A stretch of 64,000 nt of DNA from Octopus sinensis. Lineage: Eukaryota. Positions within the stretch are counted from its first letter, which is position 1. Every line of letters starts with the position of its first letter. This document shows positions 39,156 through 54,800 of the stretch, one piece after another. The translations under genes and the position numbers were made by a program. Below the pieces are notes generated by a model, which saw nothing but the letters and a program-made list of their open reading frames with translations, was not told the DNA's origin and did no database searches. The DNA lies in assembly GCF_006345805.1 (NCBI RefSeq), contig NC_043000.1, positions 35,712,001-35,776,000 of the forward strand, in the 5' to 3' direction.

Positions 39156-41597
39156 GAGTGAGAGATCAGTGTATGCCATCAAAGTGTCACTGGGGTAAAA
39201 TACATGAAACCCAGTATACCCATCACGACTACCCATCTGATAAGGGTACTCCAGGCACATGCATCACAACTATACGTGCACGACATGGTGACCTCATATC
39301 AAGATAAACTGCATGACCTTGCAGTTAGAATTTTCTTTGGGTCGAGTAGCCCATCCTGCTCAATTATTATTATTATTGTTGTTAGGTGAGGGCACATGGC
39401 CTAGTTGTTAGCGATCACATTGACACCTGACGTGTGGTACACCATGCACCTGTTCAGACAACGTCAATTTGATGCAGAAGGGATTGAGCTAATGCACTGC
39501 ATATACATTTAGATCCCTACAAACCAACCATTTGCATGCAGGCCGTTTGGTGAAGAGCTGAACTCCCCCGTGTCACTTCAATGGAAGACTCCATCATTAT
39601 TATTATTATCATAATTGTTGTTGCTGTCAGGTCAACCGCAACTTAAAGTTAAATAAAAATAGCTGTGCAAGTCTAAGGAATATATTGTAATACATAAAAC
39701 CTGATACTGTGTAAACAAATCTCTGTTGAAATATGATTGTCAGTCATAGATTTTCTATCGTCAATGGAAACAACTGCAGCTAAAGAAGCCAAGTCATGCA
39801 CTGTTTGCTGCAAACAATGTGGCCTCTCACACATTGTAGGATTGTCAGATTATGTAAGCATGGTAGTAACCGATAACATTGGTAAACGGACAGTTTAGTT
39901 ATGTGAAAGAAAACATTAACTGTATTGTTGTTTGAAAAGGTTAAGAAAATTTTACTGCTGAAAGAAATTTTGATAGAAAAAGTACAAAAAAAAAAAGAAA
40001 AAGAAAAAAATGGTAAAACTCTAGGTTTAGGCGTGGCTGTGTGGTTAAGAAGCTTTCCTTGCAATCACCTGGTTTTGGTTTCATTTATTTATTTATTGCC
40101 CACAAGGGGCTAAATATAGAGGGGACAAACAATGACAAACAAAGGGATTAAGTCGATTACACCGACCCCAGTGTGTAACTCGTGCTTAATTTATCAACCC
40201 CGAAATGATGAAAGGCAAAGTTGACCTTTGTGGAATTTGAACTTCACAAGTCCAGAGCCAACTCCTTGCCTCCGCAGTGCCAGCAGAGCATTCCCAGCAT
40301 GCTTCACACTGCCCAACCATAGCCAAACACATCGAGTACCGTTTCCGTCTCCCATGTGATGTCCTTGACTGACGAACTAACAAAGTAAATCCCCTCCAAA
40401 TACCACATTAACTCCCTTCACTCAGTTTTTTCTTCTTCCCGGAACCTCAAGTCTTTAGTAATTTTCTCTCTGTTCGTCATTTAATTGGATTCTGTCAATT
40501 AGCAACTATTTAAGAGGAAGGAACATCGCCGTATCTGTGATGGACAAGCAGAAAAACTGGAAAATGAATGAGGGGAGATAATTGTCTTTCTGTACCATTT
40601 CTTCCGGGAGTTATCTCCCTTTCTTATTCTATTTCTTTTAATAATACCCTCTGCAAACTTTCGGGGGTATAAAACCAAATCTCCCCATTAAATCCTAGCA
40701 GAACCGACTTTAGTTGTTGTTTAGTCCCAAAACTATATCAATTCTGATTAAAAGCTATGTTGGGAAACATTCCAGCCATGGCCCTCCCATCCTTATGTTC
40801 TTCATGCACTCTTCCACATTATCCATAGAGTGCTTTCTTTTCTGAGATAATAAGCTGTTATTTCAGAGAAATTTAGCTGTTATTTCTGCCAGGCTTAGCG
40901 ACCATGTGATGACATGCTTGTTATTCAGGCCTGTGTGACTATTAGATATCTTTATTTGATTATTGTACTGTTTGTCAAATCACAACAAGGACCTCAGACA
41001 GACAGTACTTTACACAATATGCGTGCAATTCCAAGTAATGCTGACTTTTGCAATACATCTAGATTGTAGGGTATTTCTAAGGTTTTCAGACGCTTTTTGA
41101 GATTGGGTGGTATTGAACCAAATGCTCTGATGACAATAGGGATAACCATTATGTTTGACTCTCACAGCTGCCACATCTTAGCGATTTCAATTCTCAGGTC
41201 TCCATACTTATCATCCTTTTCTTTTTCTTTCATGATGATCTCTTGGCACTACTGCGTCGATTATTAAGCACTCTTGTTTGTCCCCACTAAAGGTTATTAT
41301 ATCCAGCCTTCGGTGTTCTAACACTTTGTCTGTCTGGAAGTCAAAGTCGTCCCAGAGGATTTTTGCCTTCCCCTTTTTGTCCATTACCTTTTCCGGTGTA
41401 TGTTGGTACCAAGCACCCATAACCTCATATCCATACTTACGATGTAGTAGCCAATGAAGGTTTTGGGCTACCATGTCATGTCTACACTTGTACTCTTTCT
41501 GCGCAAGACTTTCACAAACACTATCAATGTGAATCAGACTTTCGACCCTCTTCCCACACATTCTGCAGAGGTCCGATGCACTTGTGTAGTATACAAG

Positions 41598-41640
<43 letters not shown>

Positions 41641-42687
41641 GGAGGCAGTGAACTTGCAGAATTGTTAGCATGCTAGTCAAAATGCTTAGTGGTATTTTGT
41701 TTGTCTTTATGTTCTGAGTTCAAATTTCGCTGAGGTCGACTTTGCCTTTCATCCTTTCAGTGTTGATAAATCAATTACCAGATAAGCACAGGGGTCAATG
41801 TAATCGACTATACCTCACCCCCAAATTTCAGGCCTTGTGCCTACAGTAGAATGGATTATTGCTGTATAAAGGTGTGGTGGTGCTACAAAGATTATAGTTT
41901 TGGACTAAATAAGTAACAGTTGTGTGCACGTATACACACATACATATGCATAAGCGTGCACATACCCTTGACAAGTCTATTTTATCACTGCATACCTTAA
42001 TAGTCAAGTAAAACAGCTGACATCAGGAAGAGTACCTGGCTGTAGAACACTGTCTTGAAAAGTTCTGTCCAACCCATGCCAGCATGGAAAAATGGATGTA
42101 AAACCAATGATGTCAGTGATGTTGTTGTTGATGCTGATGATATATACTCGTTCATACATAAACAACAGTTTCACATAAAGCTCAGTTTAATGCTTAATAA
42201 TTAAGAAGGTAATTAAAGCCACATAACTTTCCAGTATTTATCATATTTCCTATATTTCATCTCATAATGGAAATATTTTTGCAGGAAGGTCATCGCGCCA
42301 GTGAACACACTCTTGAACAATTGTACGCTGCACAACAAGAACGAGACACACAAATACAATCTCTACAAGAAATTAGTACGGTAAGAGATAACAGTACTTC
42401 CCTTCTGTGTTGTAATTCTTTCTGTTTAATCAAATCTTTGTCCAATTCCTGTAAATATTTCCCTATGTCTTTCCTGCAATCTGACCTGGTTTCCACGTAA
42501 TGGTGGATTGCCAACTGGTTGTGGGCGAGTGTACCCCATTTTACATTTCAGAAAGAAAAACCTGGAATCTATCTCCTTCGTTTACATTATCAGCGTTATG
42601 AAGTCTGCTAATGAATGGGATCTTGACGTTAATGTCAGCACTGATCTGTGTTGGATGAACGGCACGAAACCACCCATCCAAACATAA

Positions 42688-42736
<49 letters not shown>

Positions 42737-42776
42737 TAAATATACATGTGTGTGTCTTTCTCTCTTTTTCTTTCTT

Positions 42777-42830
<54 letters not shown>

Positions 42831-43234
42831 GGCGCAGGAGTGGCAGTAAGTAGCTTGCTTACCAACCACATGGTTCTGGGTTCAGTCCCACTGCGTGGCA
42901 CCTTGGGCAAGTGTCTTATACTATAGCCTCGGACCAACCAAAGCCTTGTGAGTGGATTTGGTAGACAGAAACTGAAAGAAGCCCATCGTATATATATGTA
43001 TGTATATGTGTGTGTGTGTGTGTGTTTCTGTGTCTGAGTTTGCCCCTCCTCCCAACATCACTTGACAACTGATGCTGGTGTGTTTACGTCCCCGTAACTT
43101 AGTGGTTTGACAAAAGTGACTGATAGAATAAGTATTAGGCTTACAAAAAGTAAGTCCTGGGGTTGATTTGCTCAACTAAAGGCGGTGCTCCAGCATGGCT
43201 GCAGTTAAATGAAACAAGTAAAAGAATAAAAGAG

Positions 43235-43286
<52 letters not shown>

Positions 43287-46200
43287 GTGAAAAGTTTTGG
43301 TAAGAAATTTTTCCACATGGTGAATTGTAGTGGAAAATATGGAAAGAAGCAAAATGCACAGAAATTTCTGTTGGACAAAAGAAAATGTTTTTGTGAATTA
43401 AAATCTTTACATGCCTGACTGGCTTTGCTTATGCTAATTATGACTTTAAAAAAAGCAACAACAAAAAAATAAAAATCAAACAATTTTCTTTCAGTTTCCA
43501 TCCATCAAATTTGTTCACAAGGCTTTGGTTTGCCTGGAACCAGAAAAGAAGAACCCAATTGTTCCCCCAAACTGTGTGCAGTGGGTCTGAATCTGAAACC
43601 CTGTGGTTGGGAAGCAAACTTCTCCAGTTTGGCTGGAATGTTTTCTGTAGATATATTCTGGATTTGAACTTCAGGTCTGAGTTGGTACTATCTGTGGTAC
43701 CATATAGTGTCTTGGAGATAAGGTGGTACCATCAGCAGTTTACAACATCCTCTATTCTACACATTTCCAGTAGACAACTGTTTTCTCCATTGGTCATGCT
43801 TTTCTTGCAGACATTGTTCTAAAGATGGTCAGAATGGTTCCATGGCTATTCAGTCTTCCAATTGTCAGGTGACTGCAGTGATCATCGCTACTGACCCTTC
43901 ATCCCCTTCCAAACCATATCCAGGGGCGGGGGATATTTATAAAGGTATTTCTTAAGCAGGTGGGAGACGGTCACTGACCCAGTCTTGTGACATTTACTTT
44001 TCCAGATAGCAGAGAAACGCAAACGCCTCATTGATGAAATGGCCATAAAATATCAGAAAGAATGTGATTCTCACAGGGAATTGGTCCAACACATGACACA
44101 GGATCATGCGGAAGAAGTGAATAAGTTGGAAGATTTATTGTCTCAAGAACGGGTATGTATCTTTTTTTATAGTCTTCTTACCTTTTTTTATCATCATCAT
44201 CATCATACCACCACCACCACCCTCCCTCTCCTCCTCCTGGCTGATCTTTTTCTCTTTCTAACCATTATACTACCACAACCCCTAATTTCAATTTGGTTGT
44301 CAAATAAGAGATTTTAAGTCCTTTCGTTGTAATGCATTGTTTTTGTGTTTCAGTAGATTTTGAAAAGAATTTTGGATTTGGAGGCATTCAGTAAAATAGT
44401 TTGTTTCTTATTAAGCTGATGTTTGAACTTAAGAGAAGAATCTTCATCATCATCCACATCTCCCTTTTTCCATGCTAGCATAGGTGAGAGAGAGTTTATT
44501 GAGGCAGACTTTCTGTAGCCGGATGCTCTCTCTGTTGCTAACCCTCACCTGTTTCCAAGCAAAGTAATATTCTTCAATGGCCGGACATGTTTCCACAGAA
44601 TATTGGGAATGAACGCCACTGCTTCTACGACAGTGACGCTCGCTTACAACTATCTTGTGTTGTCAAGACAAGGAAAATAACACACACACACTCATAATAA
44701 TGGGCTTCTTTCAGTTTCCATCTACCAAATCCCCTCACAAATCTAGAGCTACAGCTGAAAGCACTTGCCCAAGGTTCCACTTAATGAAACTGAACCTGAA
44801 ACCATGTGGTTCGGAAGCAAAGACACTTTTTAAAGCAGCAGTTTTTGTATAATAGAATCAGATTTTAGGAAAGATATTATTTAAAGGATTCAGTTCTCAT
44901 TCCGAAAAAGATTTTATCTTCCCAAGGGTAACTACATGTGTCTCTCCTAATGAAATATGCTCTTTTTTTTTGTCTCTATCCATTCTTAGTTTAACCCTTT
45001 CGATACCAACCCAGCTGAAACCACCTCTGGCTCTGTAGTATAAATTGTGACTGAGTTTTTTTACTAAATGCTTTGTTATATTTAAAATTAATTGAAAGAG
45101 ACACAGAGCATCTCAACAGAAATATGGTAACAAAAGGGTTAAGAAGAAAAATAATCAGCAGAAGACATGAGAGAAGGAGACTGCAATGTGGTCACTTTAT
45201 ATGCTAGAAATAATAGCCTAAATTTTCTTCAATCCATACCCTTCCAACTGCTTCCAATGTGCATCTGCCCAAATGTAAAGATGTGTTTAACCTTTTCGTT
45301 ACCAACCTGGCTGAAACCATCTCTGGCTCTGTAGTACAAATGTTTTCTTTTCATAAGTTTTCAATTAAAATCTTCCACCAAACCTTAGTCGCAATTTATG
45401 TTCAGAACACTAGCTTAATGATAACCAAGTTATTTTACTAAATTCTTTGTTATATTTAAAATTAATTGAAAGAAACAGAGAGCATCTTAAAATAAATACA
45501 GTAACGAAAGGTTTGAAATACCAGAAAGTGGTGAGAATCATTGACTTAACTTTGGTCACTGATTCTGACTTCACCATTTTCTTTCGTAGTCTCTGTCAAA
45601 GCCACACACAACTCATTGTTTTACTTTCTCGTATAATTCTGAAGATTCTTGCCTTATTCATGTCTTGTTTGGTTAAGTAATATCTTTTAATTTTTTTTGT
45701 TTTGCTTAGGAAAATTGTTTGGAGTTGAATAAAATGCGCACATTTGTTGAAGAGATTCAGGGTCAATTGGTATCGTCTGAAGAGACCAAAGGTTGGCTGG
45801 AACGGAGACTGAATGATGCAGAGGTTGGTTTATTCGCCTGTTGTTGTTGTTGTTGCTGTTGTTTAACCTCAGATTAATTTTGATATTCAGTGCCTGACCT
45901 AACACTCTGTAAATTGGTTGGCATTAGGAATGGCTAAAGAAACTATACCGGAATGGAATACATAGGCAAGGTGGGGTTTGTGTCCCATCTTCATGGGCAG
46001 TAACTCCAAATAAGAACTGACCTGGTCTGAGATGAGCTGTTCAACCCTTCCCAGGTGGGCATAAAATGGTTGATAAGCTCATTTTGTAACTACGGGGTTT
46101 CAGGACCAACCCCACTGTGTGGCAGCTTGGCATCCTGTCTTCTATTATAACTTTAGGAGTGAAATATTCTTTTCTACTCTAGGCACAAGGCCCAAAATTT

Positions 46201-48798
46201 TGGGGGAGGGGGCCAGGCAATTAGATCGACTCCAGTACGCAACTGGTACTTAATCTATTGACCTTGAAAGGATAAAAGATAAAGTCGACCTTGGTGGAAT
46301 TTGTACTCAGAACGTAAAGCTGAACACACATATCAATGCAGTTAAGAGCATGGGCTACTAACCCCAAGATTTAAAATTCGATTCCAAGCAATGACCTGAA
46401 TAATAATAATAATAATGATAATAATAATCATGGGGGAGGGGGCCAGTCGATTAGATCGACCACAGTACGCAACTGGTACTTAATTTATTGACCCCCGAAA
46501 AGATGAAAGGCAAAGTCAACCTCAGCAGAATTTGAACTCAGAACGTTAAGACAGACGAAATACCTATTTCTTTACTACCCACAAGGGGCTAAACACAGAG
46601 AGGTCAAACAAAGATAGATAAATGGATTAAGTCGATTATATCGACATCAGTGCATAAGTGGTACTTAATTTATTGATCCTGAAAAGATGAAAGGCAAAGT
46701 CGACCTCGGCAGAATTTGAACTCAGAATGTAGTGGCAGATGAAATACCTATTTCTTTACTACCCGCAAGGGACTAAACACAGAGAGGACAAAGAAGGACA
46801 GACAAATGGATTAAGTCGATTATATCGACCCCAGTGCGTAACTGGTACTTATTTAATCAACCTCTAAAAGATGAAAGGCAAAGTGGACCTCGGCGGAATT
46901 TGAACTCAGAACGTAGCGGTAGGCGAAATACCGCTAAGCATTTCGTCCAGCACGCTAACAATTCTGCCAGCTCGCTACCTTTAATTAGGAATGAAATATT
47001 ACAGACAGAAACAGTGTGGAGGTCCCCTGGAGGGACTGTTCTGGCTCTTTGGGGTGGAGGAGTCATAATCTGTCTCCTGGCTTAACACCATCATAGGACT
47101 CCTGGATGCCTTCATTGGAGTCCACTCTATTGCCAACTCTCAATGCAGGTCCCTAGTCTGAGAGTAACTCTCTTGCTTTCTCCTACCAGTCTCAGAGAGA
47201 GGCCCTTCAAAAGGGCCATAGGTGCCACTCTTTGTATAAATCAGGGATTAAGCCCCCCCCCCTTCTAATAAACTCTAACCAGGCGGATTAAAACTGGTGG
47301 AATGTGTTCCATTGGCCCAGTACCAAGCTGAAGGCCATACCATTCCATCCTGATGCACAATGGTTTATTGCATGAAGTTCAGTTTGTAATGTTGCATTTT
47401 CAGTATATTCCTGTATATCTGTAGTGACCAGAATGGAAATTTGGTCAGAGGGTCAGTGTTCTTCTGTAGTTATCTCGGCCATTGGGAAGAGTAAACCTAC
47501 TGACGCTCTTTCTGTGGTGGAGTGTGTTCCAAAATATGTAGCATTTCTGATAATAAATGATTCCAGGAACCAAAGCGTCTAAGTGGTTGTCGTTTTGAAG
47601 GAAACTTTCATGAAATTGCTAGATTTATACTTACCAATTCCTTTCAGTTATCTTTATAAACGGGAAAGAAAGCATCTTTTGTAGTTGAGTGAATCTGACA
47701 CATCATCTTAACCATATCAGGACAATTACCCCCTGATGACAACTACCCCTAGAACAATTACCTCGCTTGATTAATTACCCCCTCTCCAATATATTAATAA
47801 GTTTTAAATCATCATCTGTTGTCCTCGGGTAATTGTCCTTGGGGTGGGGTTATTGTTTATGTTGAGTAAATGTCCTAGATTCCATCTTAACAGTGGATAA
47901 CAGTGGATTATGGCGTCACTATAAGAAACCGTTTTTCTGTTTTAGGCCAATTTGAACAGCAGCAAGCAGGAATTTGAATCAACACTTTTGGGTTCTCAAG
48001 AAAAATATCAACAGGAAAAAGATGAACTGCTACAAAAGTTTGAGCAAGATCTTGAGGTATTGGTCAAAATATTTCACAATTTTATTTTCATTATTCTCAT
48101 AAAACTAAAGACTTTTATGTAAATGGCATTGTGATGATGATGATGATGATGATCATGTAAATATGGAACTCTGCAACTTCATTTAATTCACTGATCATGT
48201 GTTGTGGAATTTGTATTTTAACTGAGTAGAATGAAACAAAGACACAATCTACTGCATCTTGGGGCTTAGTTCCATTTACAAGTAGAGTTGAATTAGTTTT
48301 TCCAACTTTGATATTTGCATATTTCGGATACTCTGGTTTTAAAGTCAATTCCATTCCCTGTTGCACTCTTGGAGTGGTTGGCGTTAGGAAGGGCATCCGG
48401 CCATAGAAAACCATGCCAAATCAGACAATTGGAACCTGGTGCAACTTGTCAGCTTACCAGCTCCAGTCAAAGCATCCAACTCATCGACATCAGATGCTAA
48501 GTGATGATGATGATGATGATGATTGCAAATCATTCTCCATTGAAGAAGATTAAACTTGTATACAAGCACATCATCATCATTATAATGTCCCCTTTTTAAT
48601 GTTTGCATGGCTGAGAAGAGAGTACATGGGGTGAGCTGGATGTACCTCCTGTCACCAACTCTCAACTGTTTTCCGAGCAAGGTCGTATTTCTTTCAAAGG
48701 CTAGAAGACTGCAAATGAGTGACACTGCTTATATGACAGTCACATAACTATTACAAGACAAGGTGACACAAACATATATACACTCTCTCGCACGCACG

Positions 48799-48834
<36 letters not shown>

Positions 48835-51800
48835 TTCAAGACATGGTAAGTGACTGACAGCGTATTTGCTTATATCTCTGGACAGGGGGTCTCAGAATGG
48901 AGGTGTAAACTCCTAAACCTGGACATACCATAGCCCAAGTATCCCCTCTAAAATAAGACAACTGTCCCTTTACCCTACTCTAATGGGTTCCACTCCATTG
49001 CTCAACTAAAAGGTCTTTGTCTTGCAAGTTACTTGGCACACCCCAATGGTGCTGGTGCCACATAAAAAGCACCCAGGACACTCTGTAAAGTGGTTGGCAT
49101 GAAGAAGGGCATCCAGCTGTAGAAATCATGCTGAAACAGACAATTGGAACCTGGTGAAGCTCTCCAGCTGGCCATCCCCTGTTACACTGTCCAACCCATG
49201 CCAGCATGGAAGACGGGCGTTAAATGATGCTGCTGTTGTTGATGATGATGATGATCTGGCGAGTGGCTAACAAAGGTGATACTGAGTGATACTAAGACAC
49301 CGTCTATAATTAAAGACCTTCTAACTGTGGCCTATCCGTTTCCTGTTTTCAGCCATAGAGTTATAGGGTATCTCGGACTACATTAGTCAATGTGACCTTC
49401 GTCTTTTTAGGAAGACAGTAGGAGGAAGTGTCATGAGAAGTTTATTTAACGGAGTTGGTGCTATAAGGGAGATAACTCGGCTTTTCTGTGCGACATCAAT
49501 TACTAAATTTATTGGTCACTGCTGTTAATTAATGAATTGTAGATCGTATTGTCTACACACGCCTTGATTACAATCACCACAACCAACAGCGTTGGCCGAT
49601 CGATCTAACAAATATGTTCGATGGGATATCATTGCAGTGATTGATTAAAGCAATGGGAAATAGCAGCATTACTCTTCCTTGAAGATTAAAAGCATTAAAT
49701 GGCTTCATCATCATCCATCGTCATCATCATCACCATCGTCATCACCATCATCATCATCCATCATCAGAAGCACCACCACCACCACCACCACCACCACCGT
49801 CATTACTATCACCACCGTCATCACCATCACCATCATCTTCATCATAATCATCATCATCACTACCACCACCACCACTATCACATCATCATTATCCATGATC
49901 ATCCATCACTATCATCATCATCATCATTCAATGTCCGTTTTCCATGGGTTGGACAGTTTGACAGGATCATGCAGCTCCAAAGACTGCATTGTGCTTCAGT
50001 GTCTCGTTTCAGCATGGTTTCTATGGCTGGATGCCATAGAAACCATATAATTTCCCAATTATAACAAGTTCACAGCATGGTCTGGAGACTTCTTTCATGG
50101 CACCAACACAAATTCACATAATAGTAAAGTCGCAAATTTAATTTTTTAAATGATGAAGTTCCTCAATAAGAGGAACAGACATGACAGGACTTGGAAGAAG
50201 AATCTCTCTTTTGCTGTTACTAAAACAATCTTCTTGAGAAATGGTATTGCCTGGGGCAAAAAATGAGAGTTGAGGTCTGCGATTAAGTCAACACTTGGTA
50301 ATTCTATTTCTAATAAACTTAACTATTTCACCTCAAAATGTGACAAATCACCAAATGACACATTGTTTAGTACGATATCATTTTACCAAATGTTGCTGCC
50401 AAACTATTAGCTCTCTACCCTTCACAAGGTGTTGATCTGTAGAATTTTAGAGCTTAGGGTTAGTTTGGAGGATATTGTAGCAAATTTTACAAACATCTTT
50501 TGGAGAAAGCAAGATTTTTCTGTCTCTGAATAGTTTAGTAGCTAAACCATTTCACTTAGTAATATTCAATTGGATAAAACTGTCTATGTTTCCAATATCG
50601 ACCAGAATTTTCAATAATTGAAGAATTAATTAGAAGAATAATTAGGAGACAAAGGCTGTTTAAATAAGGTAGAAAAGCTTGAAGGAATGAATGTGTTGAG
50701 ATTGTTTTTTTTTCATCTGGTTTGTTATGGTGTCTTGATTTACCAAAATGAGAAGAATGGCCTTCTTTGTTGTACTTGAGATATTTGGCATCTCTTACTG
50801 GACATTCTCTACGGTTATGGCTTTGGCTTCTGCTAAGGAACTTCATTAATCAAACAAAACTGTGAAACCATCTGAAAGATTTAATTAGTAGCTTTATTGT
50901 TGTTCTGAAGTGTATAAACATAAAATCTGATTTCAGATTAAAGACTAGACTGCTATTTCTTGCATGTTGAATGGCCACATAAAGGCTCTTTCTGGTCAGT
51001 TCATGTAGTTGCTGGTTTGAGGTGAGAGTATTTAATGCAGAGTTTAAAACAACCTCATTTCATATGGATTGGAAAGAAAGTTGTTTCTTGTGAGATGTTT
51101 TTAATACCCAAACAGTTTATTATGTGACATTGCATCTCTCTCTCTCTCTCTCTCTCTGCAGGAATACAAACAGCAGGAGACTGTGTTGAAAGCTGAAATT
51201 ATTCAACGTGATGAATCTATAAATAAATTACAACAGGTTAGTTTCACCTTTCCTTGATTTTAGTATTTTCAGAATTGCATGTATAAAAAAAAATTGTTTC
51301 ATATTTATGTCAACTTTCTGTTACATATATAAAGCAAAATTCTTATACAAAGTATTATGAAATGTATTTCAATATTTTAAGACTTGGAACAGAACCGTGA
51401 CTTGGCAGAAAGCCGTTGAGGGTGATGTTAACTTACCTATGATCTGAGATCAAATCTTGGTGAGGTCATCTTTGACTTACAACTGCCCATCATAGTTTAC
51501 TGTTAATTCACTTGAAATCACTTTCTGTTTGTTTCCCTAATAATAAATCTTAGCAGCCAATCTTTGCCAATTTGGTATTGAGAAATCAGGGATTCTTCAG
51601 ATGAGCAAATTAACAATTTTGTCAATGAATCACAAAACATTTTTTCTAAACAAACAAAAAATATCATTTCCTTAAGCTTTTTTTGTTTTTGGCGGGGGCA
51701 GTTGGTTGTGAATGTTGTATGGTTGTTAGAAAATATATACTGGATATGTATTTTATTTTTTATTCCAGGAGATTAAAGACAGCGTTGATGAAAAGAAAAT

Positions 51801-54800
51801 CCATGAGAAGAAAGGATTAACTATGGTAAATAGTTTGTAATTAAAATTTCGTTCTCAGACCCTGAAGCACTTGGCTTTGACTGAAAGAGTTCTTTGCTGG
51901 TGTTGGAGTTCCAGTTGCGGATTTTCTTTTTTTAAATATTTTTTGTTGTTGCCTAATTGAATAAAAGGCGGTGTGGCTGTATGGTTAAGTAGTTCACTTC
52001 CTAATCTCGTAGTTTTGGGTTCAGTCCCACTGTGTGGCACCTTGGGCAATTGTCTTCTGCTGTACCCTTGCAAGTGGACTTTTGATAAACAGAAACTGAA
52101 AGAAACTTGTATATATGTGCGTGCATGTGTGTGTGTGCATTGTACAGTGGGATTGTATCCAAAACAGTTAACAAAGTGTGTGTGTGTGTGTGTAATATAG
52201 CATCTGTGATTGCAGGAGAGAATGTGTAAATATCTGTACGCTTGCATGTGTTTGTGTTGCGTTTCCATGGCAACCTATTTCCTCCCTCGGAACCACCACA
52301 AAACTATTTGCATTTCACTAGGGACTTATTCTATTTATTCCAATGCCAGATATTTGATGCCATGGGACCATTAATTCTTACACAATCCAGAGCACCATTG
52401 CAAGAAGAGAACCTTTGCAGTTTTCTCCCAAGACACTCACATGCAATCCATCTGGTCGTTGGTGTAAAAAGCCTCTATTAGCGACATACTCAAAATCTTA
52501 CGCCATCATCTTAGAGGACATAATGAATGATGTAGTTTTAGATTCCCTGCCTACTGGAAAAAGACGGGATGGTCACAGCTGGAATGCCTTTATTCGATCA
52601 GGGTTGACCTAAAGAAAACTTCGTTGGTGTTTCCATACATGACCTGGTCGGAGTGGGTTTGTCCTCAGTTACTTCCCTTGCTTCTACTTTACTGTCTTTC
52701 ACTTTCGGTTATCTCCCCTGTCTCTCTCTATCGCAACCCATTCTCGCTAAGCTTCGACTTTACATTTCGATTTACCAACAATCACAAAGACATCATTCTC
52801 CATTGTTCTGCATCAGTGCCTCTTCGTCTGTGTTCCTCTCTTTCTCTGCACTAAATGACCCTTCGTTTATATTAATACACGTCTATCTCTCGTCGTCTCA
52901 CTCCCTCTCCTTGTCATTTTTATTCTCTCTCTACTTGTGTCTCTTTCTAAAATGTCCTCGGATGATATATATATATATTCACCCCTGTCTTTCCTTTTCT
53001 GCTCTAGGCACAAGGCCGAAATTTTGGGGGAGGGAGCCAGTCGATTAGATCGACCACAGTATGCTATTGATACTTAATCTAACGTTTGTGCCAGCTCGCT
53101 GCCTTCCCCAGGCTTTTCTTCAAAAGAAATATGCTTCATTCAGTGTTTGTAACAATTATAAGATTCTAACCGATTTTTAAAGGTGCTTTTGAGGAAAAAG
53201 GGGAGCTCCCGACTTTGTTTTTCATTCTTTCACAGTTGATAGAATAACAAGTGAAGCATTGAGGTCGATAGATTTCACTGTCCACCCCCACCTCCTCATC
53301 CTCAAAATTCTCTGGGTTCTTCTGCTGTTTGTTACTTTGACAGAACTGCAGTCTTGGTTCAAGGAAAGATCAAAACTTGGTACTCGGCATTTGGAACGCT
53401 GTGAAACACCTACAGCCCCTCTACTGATTGGACAATGTGGGCAATGAGAGTTCCACCATGACATTCTGTAGGGGATTAGTAGGGGGCAGAAGTGCTAACA
53501 GCAATCTTGAGGGGGAACTCTGGGCATTGATGAAAATCAACTGGTTGGTCTGATCTGGATGGCTTTTTGGGCTGAAGCCCATGGAGAATTTCCAGAAGTC
53601 TCTGGCCTGGAAATGCTTCTGGGGGTATTGTAGGGTGGCGAGCTGGTAGAATCATTAGCACACTGGGCAAGATGCTTAGCCGTATTTCGTCTGCCGCTAC
53701 GTTCTGAGTTCAAATTCCACAGAGGTCGACTTTGCCTTTCATCCTTTCAGGGTTGATTAAATAAGTACCAGTTATGCACTGGGGTCGATATAATTGACTT
53801 AATCCGTTTGTCTGTCCTTGTTTGTCCCTTCTGTATTTAGCCCCTTGTGGGTAGTAAAGAAATAGGTATTGCCAGTTTAAAATAAACTCTTCAGACTTGC
53901 TATCAGCTAGGCTTGCTTGAGATGTGCACAGAACCACAAAACTCTTCTGTACACACTCCTCCATTGCCCGAGCATTGCTGACTTGTAGAGTTATTAGAAA
54001 ATTACTATTTGTAAATCTCACAGAGATATTCAGCAACAGTACTTTGGAGTGAAGTTTGTTTGCCAACATAACAGTAATAGTAATTTTCTAATTTATAGAT
54101 CAGTGACCAGTTGTCACTTCGAAAATTATATATTTCAAATGGGAATTTGGCAGCACCACCTCTAGCCAAACAATTATTCTGTGCTGAAGAAGGGAAATAA
54201 CACGGAAATTGTGATACACAGATATTATTTTGAGCTGAGTGGGGGTGCTAGATTCCCTTGTTTGAAAATATAAGGACAAAGATTGTGTTGTATAGCCAGC
54301 TGGAGACGATGTCTCCTGGGGCTAAATTACAGCAACATTCGTCCTAAACCAAGACTGCCATGTTATGTTGGCAAATAATCATTACTCCTTGTGGAGTTAT
54401 ATTGAACATTTGCTGTCACATGCAGGATGGATCTAGCTGTCAGTTGAGTCTATTGTGAAGCTCATTCCCCTGGCTTTCTTTGAATGTTGAATGTTGGTGG
54501 GGAAGGACAGGCAGTGCCTGTCTGTCTGGTGTCCTTAACCAAAGAGGTTGTGTGATGGACCAGATTGAAAATGCTCAAGATAAATAAATTCCTCTTTGGG
54601 CAAGCCCACATCAAGTAAAGTGAAAGAGTGGGAAGTGCTGCCTCCCAGTAAATTTGTTTAAAGGTTGACATTAGGAGGGGTATCCAGCTGTAGAAACCAT
54701 GTCAAAACAGACAATGGAACTTGAGGTGGTTCCTGGCCTTATCAGCCCCTGTCGAACTGTCCAACCTATGTCAGCTTGGAAAACGGATTTCAAATGATGA

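Noticed and set aside
47720-47883. CTGATGA at about 47733 as another hammerhead
   Set aside because: No GAAA/helix III at suitable spacing; lies in a small inverted-repeat element with ggacaattaccc subrepeats.
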